A DNA stretch of 46,706 nucleotides, from positions 124,001-170,706 of the forward strand of contig NW_026576165.1 in the NCBI RefSeq assembly GCF_028641065.1, read 5' to 3'. Position 1 is the first letter of the stretch, and each line of letters begins with the position of its first letter. This stretch comes from Leucoraja erinacea. Lineage: Eukaryota. A program made the position numbers and the translations under genes. The notes below the pieces were generated by a model, which saw nothing but the letters and a program-made list of their open reading frames with translations, searched no databases and had not been told where the DNA came from. Of this stretch, positions 12,085 to 24,144 are shown piece after piece.

Positions 12085-12690
12085 AAGCATGCAGGTACAG
12101 CAGGCAGTGAAGAAAGCCTTTATAACAAGAGGAGATGAGAATAGGAGCAAACAGGTCCTTCTGCAGTTGTACAGAGCCCTGGTGGGACCACACCTGGAGT
12201 ATTGTGTGCAGTTTTGGCCTGTTGGCCTTCATCACAAGAGAAGTTGAGTATAGGATCAAGGAGGTCCTTCTGCAGTTGTACAGGGCCCTGGTGAGACCAC
12301 ACCTGGAGTATTGTGTGTAGTTTTGGTCTCCGAATTTGAGGAAGGACATTCTAGCTATTGAAGGAGCCCAGCGTAGGTTCACCAGGTTAATTCCTAGGAT
12401 GGCGGGTCTGTTATATGTTGATAAAATGGAGCGGCTGTGGGCTTGTATGATGAGCAAAACCTTTTGGTGGAGAATCTCTGGATTTCTCTGCCACAGAAGG
12501 TAGTTGAGGCCACAGTTCATTGGCTATATTTAAGAGGGAGTTAGATGTGGCCCTTGTGGCTAAAGGGATCAGGGGGTATGGAGAGAAGGCAGATACAGGA
12601 TACTGAGTTGGATGATCAGCCATGATCATATTGAATGGCGGTGCAGGCTCGAAGGGCAGAATGGCCTCTACTCCTGCACCTATTGTCTAT
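12085..12690 (+). mobile_element. CR1 mosaic fragment
   Basis: MQVQQAVKKA...[10 protein letters not shown], duplicated segment, 3' tail. Confidence 0.8.
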
Positions 12691-12764
12691 GTACACTCTG
12701 AAATTGAAGGGTGAGAGTGGATCTTATTGAAACATTTGCTTTCTTCATTGCCTGCTGTACCAGG

Positions 12765-13382
12765 ATCTTTCCTGGTCCGAGAACATTAATACAATTATCA
12801 AGAAGGCTCATCAGCGCCTCTACTCCCTGAGAAGATTACGGAGAGTCGGTATGTCAAGGAGGACTCTCTCTAACTTCTACAGGTGCACAGTAGAGAGCAT
12901 GCTGACCGGTTGCATCGTGGCTTGGTTCGGCAACTTGAGCGCCCTGGAGAGGAAAAGACTACAAAAGGTAGTAAACACTGCCCAGTCCATCATCGGCTCT
13001 GACCTTCCTTCCATCGAGGGGATTTATCGCAGTCGCTGCCTCAAAAAGGCTGGCAGTATCATCAAAGACCCACACACCATCCTGGCCACACACTCATCTC
13101 CCTGCTACTTCCAGGTAGAAGGTACAGGAGCCTGAAGACTGCAACATCCAGGTTCAGGAATAGCTACTTCCCCACGGTCATCAGGCTATTAAACCTGGCT
13201 CGGACAAAACTCTGATTATTAATAACCCATTATCTGTTATTTGCACTTTGCCAGTTTATTTATTCATGTGTGTGTGTATATTTATATTATGGTATATGGA
13301 CACACTGATCTGTTCTGTAGTCAATGCCTACTATGTTCTGTGTACTGAAGCAAAGCAAGAATTTCATTGTCCTATACAGGGA
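12765..13382 (+). mobile_element. Rex1/Babar-type LINE 3' fragment
   Basis: LSNFYRCTVESMLTGCIVAWFGN...RKRLQKVVNTAQSIIG; same family as 938-1350. Confidence 0.8.
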
Positions 13383-13384
13383 TA

Positions 13385-14190
13385 TAGAAACATAGAAACC
13401 AAATCTATCCAGTCTTTCTTCATAAGACAGTCCTGACATCCCGGGAATCAGTCTGGTGAACCTTCTCTGCACTCCCTCTATGACAATAATGTCCTTCCTC
13501 AGATTTGGAGACCAAAACTGTACGCAATACTCCAGGCGTGGTCTCACCAAGACCCTGTACAACTGCAGTAGAACCTCCCTGCTCCTAGACTCAAATCCTT
13601 TTGCTATGAATGCAAGTCAAGTCAAGTTTATTTGTCACATACACATACGAGATGTGCAGTGAAATGAAAGTGGCAATGCTCGCGGACTTTTGTGCAAAAG
13701 ACAAACAACAAAACAACCAAACAAATTATAAACACAATCATAACACACGTATTCTTTTACATAATAAATAGTGGAAGGAAAAACGTTCTGTAGAGTTAGT
13801 CCCTGGTGAGATAGGCGTTTACAGTCCGAATTGCCTCTGGGAAGAAACTCCTTCTCAACATCTCCGTTCTCACCGCATGGCAACGGAGGCGTTTGCCTGA
13901 ATGCTAACATACTATTGGCTTTCTTCACTGCCTGCTGCACCTGCATGCCTACTTTCAATGACTGGTGTACCATGACACCCAGGTCTCGCTGCATCTCCCC
14001 TTTTCCTAGTCGGCCACCATTTAGATAATAGTCTGCTTTCCTGTTTTTGCCACCAAAATGGACACATGACAATACACTCACTTGAACTTGAACTTGTGCT
14101 ACCTGCATGCTTACTTTCATAGACTGATGAACAAGGACCCCCAGATCCCGTTGTATAGTGTGCAAGCCCAGCTGCTCCATTCTCTCAGCA
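13385..14190 (-). mobile_element. CR1 fragment carrying the same 284-bp insert (13614-13897) as 5863-6146
   Basis: Identical insertion point and TGAATGC duplication. Confidence 0.88.
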
Positions 14191-14228
14191 TCAGAGTTAC
14201 TCACCAGTTGCAATGCTAGATTTCGACG

Positions 14229-14501
14229 CTAGATTTTGAGGCTGTCCTTGTTGGCATAGTTCTCCCCCCAGCCCCTCTCCTCCCGCCTGCCGAGCCTCAC
14301 CGAGGCGTAGAGGTCAGATGGGCCCAGGTCGAGGAGCTGGGTATTTGAGGTTGGCGAGGGGACGTCGCTGTGGCTCCCCTCCGATGCTTCCTGGCCGACG
14401 GCCAGCATGTTCAAGATGTCGGTGTACTGTGTGCTGGTCAGCTTCCTGCCCTGCCGGTCTCGGGAGGCGGGCAGTTCCAGCTTGGCATAGCAGACTTGTC
14501 G
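14229..14501 (-). CDS. SIT1-like adaptor, last coding exon (RQVCYAKL...TQYTDI...DLYASV...ENYANKDSLKI*)
   Basis: ccccggccag| acceptor, phase 0; four Tyr motifs collinear with SIT1 CYTSL, VKYSEV, ELYASV and AYANS. Confidence 0.9.
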   Translation of the reverse strand, partial: RQVCYAKLELPASRDRQGRKLTSTQYTDILNMLAVGQEASEGSHSDVPSPTSNTQLLDLGPSDLYASVRLGRREERGWGENYANKDSLKI

Positions 14502-14559
14502 CTGGCCGGGGAACATAAAAGGGGAACATAAATAACTTCCCCATCGCCACCTCTTCAGT

Positions 14560-15572
14560 AACAGAAACATAGGTGCAGGAATCGGCCATTTGAGCCCTTC
14601 GAGCCAGCACCACCATTCACTAGACAATAGACAATAGCTGCAGGAGGGGGGGGGGATCTTATAGAAACTTACAAAATCCTTAAGGGGTTGGACAGGCTAG
14701 AAAAATAGAAAATAGGTGCAGGAGTAGAGGCCATTCGGCCCTTCGAGCCTGCACCATTCGCCATTCAATATGATCATGGCTGATTATATTGCTAGATGCA
14801 GGAAGATTGTTCCCGATGTTGGGGAAGTCCAGAACTAGGGGTCACAGTTTAAGGATAAGGGGGAAGTCTTTTACGACTGAGATGAGAAAATCATTTTTTA
14901 CACAGAGAGAGTGGTGAATCTGTGGAATTCTCTGCCACAGAAGGTAGTTGAGGCCACACAGTTCATTGGCTATATTTAGGAGGGAGTTAGATGTGGCCCT
15001 TGTGGCTAAAGGGATCAGGGGGTATGGAGAGAAGGCAGGTACGGGATACTGAGTTGGATGATCAGCCGTGATCATATTGAATGGCGAATGGTGCAGGCTC
15101 GAAGGGCCGAATGGCCTCTACTCCGGCACCTATTTTCTATGTATCTAGAAGTAGGCCATTCGGCCCTTCGTGCCAGCACCGCCATTCAATGTGATCGTGG
15201 CAGATCATCCCCAATTAGTACCCCGTTCCTGCCTTCCCCCCATATCCCCTGACTCCGTTATCTTTAACAGCCCTATCTAACTGTCTTGAAAGCATCCAGA
15301 GAACCGGCCTCCACCGCCCTCTGAGGCAGAGAATTTCACAGATTCACAACTCTCACTGTGAGAAAAAGTGTTTCCTCGTCTCCGTTCTAAATGGCCGACC
15401 CCTTATTCTTAAACTGTGTGTGTGTGTGTGTGTGTGTGCTTGTGTGTGTGTGTGGCCCCTGGTTCTGGACACCCCCAACATCGGGAACATGTTTCCTGCC
15501 TCTAGATTGTCCGAGCCCTTAACAATCTCTATGTTTCAATAAGATCCCCTCTCATCCTAAATTCCAGTGTAT
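14560..15572. mobile_element. Cluster of CR1 3' fragments on both strands
   Basis: Multiple 3' stem-loop/tail motifs and ORF2 C-terminal pieces. Confidence 0.82.
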
Positions 15573-15577
15573 ACAAT

Positions 15578-16180
15578 CCCCTCTCCTCTCCTCCCCTCCC
15601 CTCCCCTCCCCTCTCCTCTCCTCCCCTCTCTCCTCTCCTCCCCTCCTCTCATCTCCTCTCCTTTCCTTTACTCCCCTCTATCCTCCCCTCCCCTCTCCCT
15701 CTCCCCCCTCCTCCTCCACTCTCCTCCCCCTCCCCACTCCTCCCCTCTCTCCTCTCATCTCCCCCCTCCCCACTCCCTCCCCTCCCCACTCTCATCCCCA
15801 CTCCTCTCCTCTCCTCTCCTCCCCTCCCCACTCCTCCCTCTCCTCTCCCCCCCCCCTCCCCTCCCCTCCCCTCCCCTCCCCTCCTACCCCTCCCCTCATC
15901 TCCTCTCCTCCCCTACCCCTCCCTCCCCTCCCCTCCCTCCCCCTCATCCCCTCCTCTCATCTCCTCCTCTCCCCTCTCCTCCCCTCCCCCCTCACCCCCT
16001 CTCCTCTCACACTCCTCCCCTCCCTCTCATCTCCTCCCCCTCCTCCCCTCTCCCTCCCCTCCCCTCTCCCCTCCCTCCCCTCCCCACTCCTCCCCTCTCA
16101 TCTCCTCTCCCTCCCCTCCCCTCCTCTCCTCCCCTCTTCGATCCTCTCCTCTCCTCCCCTCCCCTCTCCTCTCCGCCACT
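15578..16180. repeat. CT-rich low-complexity tract
   Basis: CTCCC/CTCCT units. Confidence 0.95.
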
Positions 16181-16218
16181 CCCGGACTTTGAATTTATGA
16201 ATCTGACATTAAACATAC

Positions 16219-16271
16219 CTTCACTTCCCGCTGCTTTGACGTGGACTGTGGTATGCTCCCTCTTTCCACAC
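16219..16271 (-). CDS. SIT1-like adaptor exon (GVERGSIPQSTSKQREVK)
   Basis: ctctctgcag| acceptor and AAG|gtatgt donor; 53 bp, phase 1 to 0. Confidence 0.82.
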
Positions 16272-16349
16272 CTGCAGAGAGAATGAGAGTGCTACCAGTA
16301 TTAAACACACAGAGTCTTTATCTCATACATATTATTGGGAAAATAATTA

Positions 16350-16412
16350 ACTCAGTGGCTCAACAGGGACAGCCGCTGTCTCAGAGCTCCAGAGACCCGA
16401 GTTCGATCCTGA
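16350..16412 (+). mobile_element. tRNA-derived SINE head (HE1-like)
   Basis: gtggctca A-box-like motif and gagttcgatcc B-box. Confidence 0.55.
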
Positions 16413-16697
16413 TCGTAGACATAGAAACATAGACAATAGGTGCAGGAGTAGAGGCCATTCAGCCCTTCGAGCCGGCACCGCCATTCAATATGATCATGGC
16501 TGATCATCCCCAATCAGTTCCCCGTTCCTGCCTTCTCCCCATATCCCCTGACTCCGCTATCTTTAAGAGCCCTATCTAGCTCCCTCTCGAAAGTATCCAG
16601 AGAACCGGCCTCCACCGTCCTCTGAGGCAGAAAATTCCACAGACTCACAACTCTGTGAGAAAAGGTCTCCGTTCTAAATGGCCGACCCCTTAGTCTT

Positions 16698-16729
<32 letters not shown>

Positions 16730-16992
16730 GTCGGTGGAGGCCGGTTCTCTGGATGCTTTCAAGACGGAGCTAGATAGGGCTCTTAAAGATAGCGGAGTTA
16801 TGGGATATGGGGAAAAGGCAGGAACGGGGTACTGATTGGGGATGATCAGCCGTGATCACATTGAATGGCGGTGCTGGCTCGAAGGGCCAAATGGCCTCTA
16901 CTCCTGCACCTATTGTCTTATAGATGCCACAAACAGCGGGTGAGAAGAGGGTGTGTGTGCGTGTCTGCTGAGGATGTTCACGAACTGCTCAC

Positions 16993-17060
16993 CCGTGTAG
17001 AAGTAGTTTATATTGCCATAGACAGGGTTGTCCTCCACCTCTTCCGACTTGTAGCTAAAA
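16993..17060 (-). CDS. SIT1-like adaptor exon (FSYKSEEVEDNPVYGNINYFYT)
   Basis: tttctacgtag| acceptor and G|gtgagc donor; 68 bp, phase 2 to 1; resembles recalled SIT1 ESVEEVPLYGNLHYLQTG. Confidence 0.9.
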
Positions 17061-17124
17061 CTACGTAGAAAGGATATGATAAAAGTAATGTTAGTCAAGT
17101 CATCGAAATATAGGAAATACGTGA

Positions 17125-17850
17125 ATTCGGCCCCTCGAGCCAGCACCGCCATTCAATATGATCATAGCTGATCATCCAACTCAGTATCCCGTACCTGCCT
17201 TCTCTCCATACCCTCTGATCCCCTTAGCCACAAGGGCCACATCTAACTCCCTCTTAAATATAGCAAATGAACTGGCCTCGACTACCCTCTGTGGCAGAGA
17301 GTTCCAGAGACTCACCACTCTCTGTGTGAAAAAAGTTCTTCTCATCTCGGTTTTAAAGGATTTCCCCCTTATCCTTAAGCTGTGACCCCTTGTCCTGGAC
17401 TTCCCCAACATCGGGAGCAATCTTCCTGCATCTAGCCTGTCCAACCCCCTAAGAATTTTGTAAGTTTCTATAAGATCCCCTCTCAATCTCCTAAATTCTA
17501 GAGAGTGTAAACCAAGTCTATCCAGTCTTTCTTCATAAGACAGTCCTGACATCCCAGGAATCAGTCTGGTGAACCTTCTCTGCACTCCCTCTATGGCAAT
17601 AATGTCCTTCCTCAGATTTGGAGACCAAAACTGTACGCAATACTCCAGGTGTGGTCTCACCAAGACCCTGTACAACTGCAGTAGAACCTCCCTGCTCCTA
17701 TACTCAAATCCTTTTGCTATGAAAGCTAACATACTATTCGCATTCTTCACTGCCTGCTGCACCTGCATGCCTACTTTCAATGACTGGTGTACCATGACAC
17801 CCAGGTCTCGCTGCATCTCCCCTATTCCTAGTCGGCCACCATTTAGATTC
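17125..17850 (-). mobile_element. CR1 LINE 3' fragment with an open ORF2 end
   Basis: 211-aa ORF at 17181-17816. Confidence 0.93.
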
Positions 17851-17906
17851 AGTTCCTGTGGATTGGAGGGTGGCTAATTAATGCTTACAGAATTCATGGG
17901 TCTTAC

Positions 17907-17943
17907 CTTCTCCTGAAGTGAGGGAGGAACTTTCTGGTGTTAC
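17907..17943 (-). CDS. SIT1-like adaptor exon (GNTRKFLPHFRRS)
   Basis: tttcttacag| acceptor and AG|gtaaga donor; 37 bp, phase 1 to 2, bridges the neighbouring exons exactly. Confidence 0.82.
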
Positions 17944-17964
17944 CTGTAAGAAAGGTGGTAGGTA

Positions 17965-18805
17965 AACATAGAAACATAGACAATAGGTGCAGGAGTAGAG
18001 GCCATTCGGCCCTTCGAGCCTGCACCGCCATTCAATATAATCATGGCTGATCATCCAATTCGGTATCCTGTACCTGCCTTCTCTCCATACCCTCTGATCC
18101 CCTTAGCCACATCTAACTCCCTCTTAAATATTATAGCCAATGAACTGTGGCCTCAACTACCTCCTGTGTAGTCCCGCCATAGAGGGAGTACAGAGAAGGT
18201 TCACCAGACTGATTCCTGGGATGGCAGGACTTTCATATGAGGAAAGACTGGATAGACTCGGCTTGTACACGTTGGAATTCAGAAGACTGCGGGGGGATCT
18301 TATAGAAACTTACAAAATTCTTAAGGGTACACAAAATTGCTGGAGAAACTCAGCGGGTGCAGCAGCATCTATGGAGCGAAGGAAATAGGCGACGTTTCGG
18401 GCCGAAACCCTTCTTCAGACAAAGTTCTTAAGGGGTTGGACAGGCTAGATGCAGGAAGATTATTCCCGATGTTGGGGAAGTCCAGAACTAGGGGTCACAC
18501 AGTTTAAGGATAAGAGGGAAGTCTTTTAGGACTGAGATGAGGAAATCATTTTTCACACAGAGAGTGGTGAATCTGTGGAATTCTCTGCCACAGAAGGTAG
18601 TTGAGGCCACACAGTTCATTGGCTATATTTAAGAGGTAGTCAGATGTGGCCCTTGTGGCTAAAGGGATCAGGGGGTATGGAGAGAAGGCAGGGATGGGAT
18701 ACTGAGTTGGATGATCAGCCATGATCATATTGAATGGCGGTGCTGGTGCAGGCTCGAAGGGCTGAATGGCCTCTACTCCTGCACCTATTGTCTACGTTTC
18801 TATGT
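17965..18805. mobile_element. CR1 fragments with a nested Penelope terminus of about 95 bp (about 18328-18420)
   Basis: CR1 ORF pieces; insert flanked by a repeated ttcttaaggg. Confidence 0.78.
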
Positions 18806-18809
18806 ATCT

Positions 18810-19462
18810 AAGTCACATTTATTTCTATAGCACATTTAAAAAACAACTCTCGTTGGCCAAAGTGCTTTACATTTGTTATAAGAATAGCACAACAAAACAA
18901 ACTACATACATATATACATGTAGCCCTCACTCAGAGGACGTCGGGAAAGGCTTGGGAGTATAGATACGTCTTTAGTCTTGACTTAAAAGAGTCGATAGAG
19001 GGGGCTGTTCGTTCTGATGGGAAGGGGGATGCTGTTCCACAGTCTAGGGGCTGCAACCGCAAAGGCGCGGTCGATCGCCCCTGAGCTTATGCCTAGACCG
19101 CGGGATATTCAGCAACCCCAAGTCGGCCGATCTGAGGGGCCTGGAGGTGGAGTGGTGGGTGAGAAGACTTTTTATGTAGGTGGGGGCCCATTGAGGGCTT
19201 TGTAGACATGGAGGAGAATCTTGATGTTTATACGGAACCGCACAGGGAGCCAGTGGAGAGTTCTGCCAGGATCGGGGTGATGTGATGTGGTCCCTTTTTC
19301 GGGTGCCCGTCAGGAGTCTCGCTGCCCTGCGGCGTTTTGGACCAGTTGCAGGCGGGACAGGGAAGATTGGCTGATGCCAGTGTAGAGGGAGTTGCAGTAA
19401 TCGAGGCGGGAGGAGATAAATGTGTGGATGATCTTTTCCAGGTCATCAAACTGGAGGAATTG
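18810..19462 (-). mobile_element. L2 LINE 3' fragment
   Basis: Degraded SRLDYCN...LQLVQNAA...HITPILAELHWLPV region and L2-type tail. Confidence 0.82.
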
Positions 19463-19467
19463 TTTTT

Positions 19468-20332
19468 TAAGAAGGAACTGCAGATGCTGGAGAATCGAAG
19501 GTACACAAAAAAGCTGGAGAAACTCAGCGGGTGCAGCAGCATCTATGGAGCGAAGGAAATAGGCAACGTTTCGGGCCGAAACCCTTCTTCAGACTGATCG
19601 GGGGCGGGGGTGGGCGGGGACAAGGAAGGAAAAAGGAGGAGGAGCCCGAAGGCTGGGGGATGGGAGGAGACAGCAGGGGGACTGAGGAAGGGGAGGAGAC
19701 AGCAAGGACTAACAAAATTGGGTGAATTCGATGTTCATGCCCCCAGGATGCAGGCAGCCCAGGCGGAATATGAGGTGCTGTTCCTCCAATTTCCGGTGCT
19801 GCTCGCTGTGGCCATGGAGGAGACCCAGGACAGAGAGGTCGGAGACGGAGTGGGAAGGGGAGTTGAAGTGCTGAGCCACCGGGAGGTCAGGTTGGTTATT
19901 GCGGACCGAGCGGAGGTGTTCGGCGAAACGATCGCCCAACCTCCGCTTGGTTTCACCGATATAGATCTGCTGACATCTAGAGCAGCGGACGCAATAGATG
20001 AGGTTGGAAGATATGCAGGTAAACCTCTGTCGCACCTGGAACGATTGCTTGGGTCCTTGAACGGAGTCGAGGGGGGAGGTAAAGGGACAAGTGTTGCATC
20101 TCTTGCGGTTGCAAGGGAAAGTGCCCGGGGAGGGGGTGGACCGAGAGGGAAGGGAAGAATTGACAAGGGAGTTATGGAGGGAGCCGTCTTTGCGGAAGGC
20201 AGATATGGGGGGAGATGGGAAGATGTGGCGAGTGGTGGGGTCACGTTGGAGGTGGCGAAACTGACGGAGGATTACTTTTTGTATATAACGGCTGGTGGGG
20301 TGAAAGGTGAGGACTAGGGGGACTCGGCCCTA
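19468..20332 (-). mobile_element. Penelope-like element, GIY-YIG endonuclease region and 3' terminus
   Basis: NLIYCVRCSRCQQIYIGETKRRLGDRFAEH...PVAQHFN...GMN. Confidence 0.9.
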
Positions 20333-20637
20333 GGAGGGATTGTTTTATGGATGAGTGTGCAGGATAGGGAGGTACAACGGGATCTGGGAGTGGGGAAGGA
20401 TCCGGATCCGGATCTGCAACGGGCCGTGAGCCCCAGCACGAGCTCGGCGATCGCTTGCCCGCTTCTGCTGCTGCCGGAGGTGCGATGTTGCGTCGTGCCA
20501 GGGTCTTCCGGGTTGTCTGACTTTGACCGTCAGTAACACGGCAGTTGGCTTTCTTCACTGCCTGCTGTACCTGCATGCTTACTTCCAGTGACTGAAGAAC
20601 AAGGACCCCCCCCCCCCCCAGATCTTGTTGTACCTAC

Positions 20638-20754
20638 CTCTCCGATAACTCTGGGCACAGAAGATAATATTGCAGGAGAGAGAGAGGAGCAGCAGGATCC
20701 CGGCCGCTCCACAAACTACCCACATCAGGGGACTGCAGCATAGACCATGGAGAC
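20638..20754 (-). CDS. SIT1-like adaptor, transmembrane exon (GLHGLCCSPLMWVVCGAAGILLLLSLSCNIIFCAQSYRR)
   Basis: catcttccag| acceptor and G|gtaggt donor; 117 bp, phase 1 to 1; hydrophobic span with SLxxNI followed by basic residues. Confidence 0.88.
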
Positions 20755-20804
20755 CTGGAAGATGAAGACATCAGGCATATTGTTGTGGTTACCGAGACTC
20801 AGAG

Positions 20805-21953
20805 TTGAATAAGATTAAAGCACACGGCATTGGGGGTTCAGTATTGATGTGGATAGAGAACTGGCTGGCAAACAGGAAGCAAAGAGTAGGAGTAAACGGG
20901 TCCTTTTCACAATGGCAGGCAGTGACTAGTGGGGTACCGCAAGGCTCAGTACTGGGACCCCAGCTATTTACAATATATATTAATGATCTGGACGAGGGAA
21001 TTGAATGCAACATTTCCAAGTTTGCGGATGACACGAAGCTGGGGGGCAGTGTTAGCTGTGAGGAGGATGCTAGGAGACTGCAAGGTGACTTGGATAGGCT
21101 GGGTGAGTGGGCAAATGTTTGGCAGATGCAGTATAATGTGGATAAATGTGAGGTTATCCATTTTGGTGGCAAAAACAGGAAAGCAGACTATTATCTAAAT
21201 GGTGGCCGACTAGGAAAAGGGGAGATGCAGCGAGACCTGGGTGTCATGGTACACCAGTCATTGAAAGTAGGCATGCAGGTGCAGCAGGCAGTGAAGAAAG
21301 CGAATGGTATGTTAGCTTTCATAGCAAAAAGATTTGAGTATAGGAGCAGGGAGGTTCTACTGCAGTTGTACAGGGTCTTGGTGAGACCACACCTGGAGTA
21401 TTGCGTACAGTTTTGGTCTCCAAATCTGAGGACGAACATTATTGCCATAAAGGGAGTGCAGCGACGGTTCACCAGACTGATTCCTGGGATGTCAGGACTG
21501 TCTTATGAAAAAAGACTGGATAGACTTGGTTTATACTCTCTAGAATTTAGGAGATTGAGAGGGGATCGTATAGAAACTTACAAAATTCTTAAGGGGTTGG
21601 ACAGGCTAGATGCAGGAAGATTGCTCCCGATGTTGGGGAAGTCCAGGACAAGGGGTCACAGCTTAAGGATCAGGGGGAAATCCTTTAAAATCGAGATGAG
21701 AAGAAACGTTTTCACACAGAGAGTGGTGAATCTCTGGAACTCTCTGCCACTGAGGGTAGTCGAGGCCACAGTTCATTGGCTATATTTAAGAGGGAGTTAG
21801 ATGTGGCCCTTGTGGCTAAAGGGATCAGGGGGTATGGAGAGAAGGCAGGTACGGGATACTGAGTTGGATGATCAGCCATGATCATATTGAATGGCGGTGC
21901 AGGCTCGAAGGGCCAAATGGCATCTACTCCTGCACCTAATTTCTATGTTTCTA
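20805..21953 (+). mobile_element. CR1 LINE, longest copy, partial reverse transcriptase domain
   Basis: GVPQGSVLGPQLFTIYINDL and SKFADDTKL motifs in a 331-aa ORF. Confidence 0.95.
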
Positions 21954-22124
21954 AGATGACACAGACACAGAGAATTCTTCAAGAAGTCGAAAAGCTTTCA
22001 TATGCAAACAACCACCTGCCTACTCCCTGACTGCTCACATATCACAGCGGCAGGCAGCTTTTCACAGTTTTACAGTCATATCTCATCTCCCTTATCCTGA
22101 ACACTCATACTCCTTTTGCATCCA

Positions 22125-23110
22125 TATAACCATATAACAATTACAGCACGGAAACAGGCCATCTCGGCCCTTCTAGTCCGTGCCGAACACTCACCTAGTC
22201 CCATCTACCTGCACTCAGACCATAACCCTCCATTCCTTTCCCGTCCATAGAGAAAAAGTTTATCCATGCCAACTCTGTCTATCCCTCTTATAATTTAAAA
22301 GACCTCTATCAAGTCCCCCCTTAACCTTCTCGCTCCAAAGAATAAAGACCTAACTTAGAAACATATAAAATAGGTGCAGGAGTAGAGGCCATTCGGCCCT
22401 TCGAGCCTGCACCATTCGCCATTCAATATGATCATGGCTGATCATAGAAACATAGAAATTAGGTGCAGGAGTAGAGGCCATTCGGCCCTTCGAGCCTGCA
22501 CTGCCATTCAATATGATCACGGCTGATCATCCAACTCAGTATCCCATCCCTGCCTTCTCTCCATACCCCCTGATCCCTTTAGCCACAAGGGCCACATCCA
22601 ACTCCCTCTTAAATATAGCCAATGAACTGTGTGGCCTCAACTACCTTCTGTGGCAGAGAATTTCACAGATTCACCACTCTCTGTGTGAAGAATATTTTCC
22701 TCATCTCGGTCCTAAAGGATTTCCCCCTTATCCTTAAACTCTGACCCCTTGTTCTGGACTTCCCCAACATCGGGAACAATCTTCCTGCATCTAGCCTGTC
22801 CAACCCCTTAAGAATTTTGTAAGTTTCTATAAGATCCCCCCCCTCAATCTTCTAAATTCTAGCGAGTACAAGCCAAGTCCACATACCTAACCATTTTTTT
22901 TTTAAATGATGAAATCGAACCTGCCGGCCTCCACCACTTCCACTGGAAGCTCATTCCACACAGCTACCACTCTCTGAGTAAAGAAGTTCCCCCTCATGTT
23001 ACCCCTAAACCTCTGTCCCTTAATTCTCAAATCATGTCCCCTTGTTTGAATCTTCCCTACTCTCAATGGGAAAAGCTTGTCAACTCTGTCTATCCCTCTC
23101 ATCATTTAAA
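22125..23110 (-). mobile_element. Older CR1 with a younger CR1 nested (about 22355-22880)
   Basis: MRGIDRVDKLFP...WNELP pieces flanking a younger CR1 3' end. Confidence 0.75.
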
Positions 23111-23111
23111 A

Positions 23112-23688
23112 GAAGGATCTACTTGCTCCTGTACTCAACTCCTCTTATTATGAAGGCCAACAGGCCAAAACTGCACATAATACTCCAGGTGTGGTCTCAC
23201 CAGGGCCCTGTACAACTGCAGAAGGACCTCTTTGCTCCTATACTCAACTCCTCTTGTTATGAAGGCCAACAGGCCAAAACTGCACACAATACTCCAGGTG
23301 TGGTCTCACCAGGGCCCTGTACAACTGCAGAAGGACCTCTTTGCTCCTATACTCAACTCCTCTTGTTATGAAGGCCAACAGGCCAAAACTGTACACAATA
23401 CTCCAGGTGTGGTCTCACCAGGGCCCTGTACAACTGCAGAAGGACCTCTTTGCTCCTATACTCAACTCCTCTTATTATGAAGGCCAACAGGCCAAAACTG
23501 TACACAATACTCCAGGTGTGGTCTCACCAGGGCCCTGTACAACTGCAGAAGGACCTCTTTGCTCCTATACTCAACTCCTCTTGTTATGAAGGCCAACAGG
23601 CCAAAACTGTACACAATACTCCAGGTGTGGTCTCACCAGGGCCCTGTACAACTGCAGAAGGACCTCTTTGCTCCTAAACTCAACTCCA
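23112..23688. repeat. 109-bp CR1-derived tandem repeat, about 5 copies
   Basis: Predicted ORF starts recur at 23232, 23341, 23450 and 23559; junction gaaggccaaca|ggccaaaactg. Confidence 0.93.
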
Positions 23689-23864
23689 ATGGTTTCTACG
23701 TTACTTGGTGCTGTTTGAATTTTCAAGTCGGCATCTCCTTTTGAAAACAAACATCCGTTTGGTGAAGGACGTCAATGCCTAAAGCAGACAGCCGGCAGCT
23801 TGCAACCTTCAAATCGGTGCACGCCCTTCCCTGCATTACTGCAGCGTCACTTTTGTGTGTCAGG

Positions 23865-24140
23865 TTAGTTCAGTTTTAGTTTAGAGATACAGCGCGGAAA
23901 CAGGCCCTTCGGCCCACCGAATCCGTGCTAGCCCGACCAGCGATCGCCCGTTCACACACTAGTTTAGTTTAGAGATACAGTGCGGAAACAGGCCCTTCGG
24001 CCCCACCGGGTCCATGCCAGCCAGCGATCCCCGCACATTAACACTATCCTACACACACACACACCAGGGAGCATTTTACATTTACACCAAGCCAATTAAC
24101 CTACAAACCTGTGGGAGGAAACCCACACAGGTCACGGGGA
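23865..24140 (-). mobile_element. HE1/V-type SINE fragment with a duplicated tail
   Basis: CR1-type tail twice, then aagccaattaacctacaaacc...ggaaacccac...gtcacgggga central domain. Confidence 0.7.
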
Positions 24141-24144
24141 GTAC

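Noticed and set aside
16350-16412. tRNA gene
   Set aside because: It has only A/B-box-like motifs, no cloverleaf, and matches SINE heads elsewhere in the window.
20805-21800. 331-aa reverse transcriptase ORF as a host or autonomous gene
   Set aside because: It is a 5'-truncated CR1 with a frameshifted end and no ORF1 or endonuclease.
23112-23688. Regular repeats resembling a CRISPR array
   Set aside because: There are no unique spacers, the units are CR1 sequence, and the context is eukaryotic.
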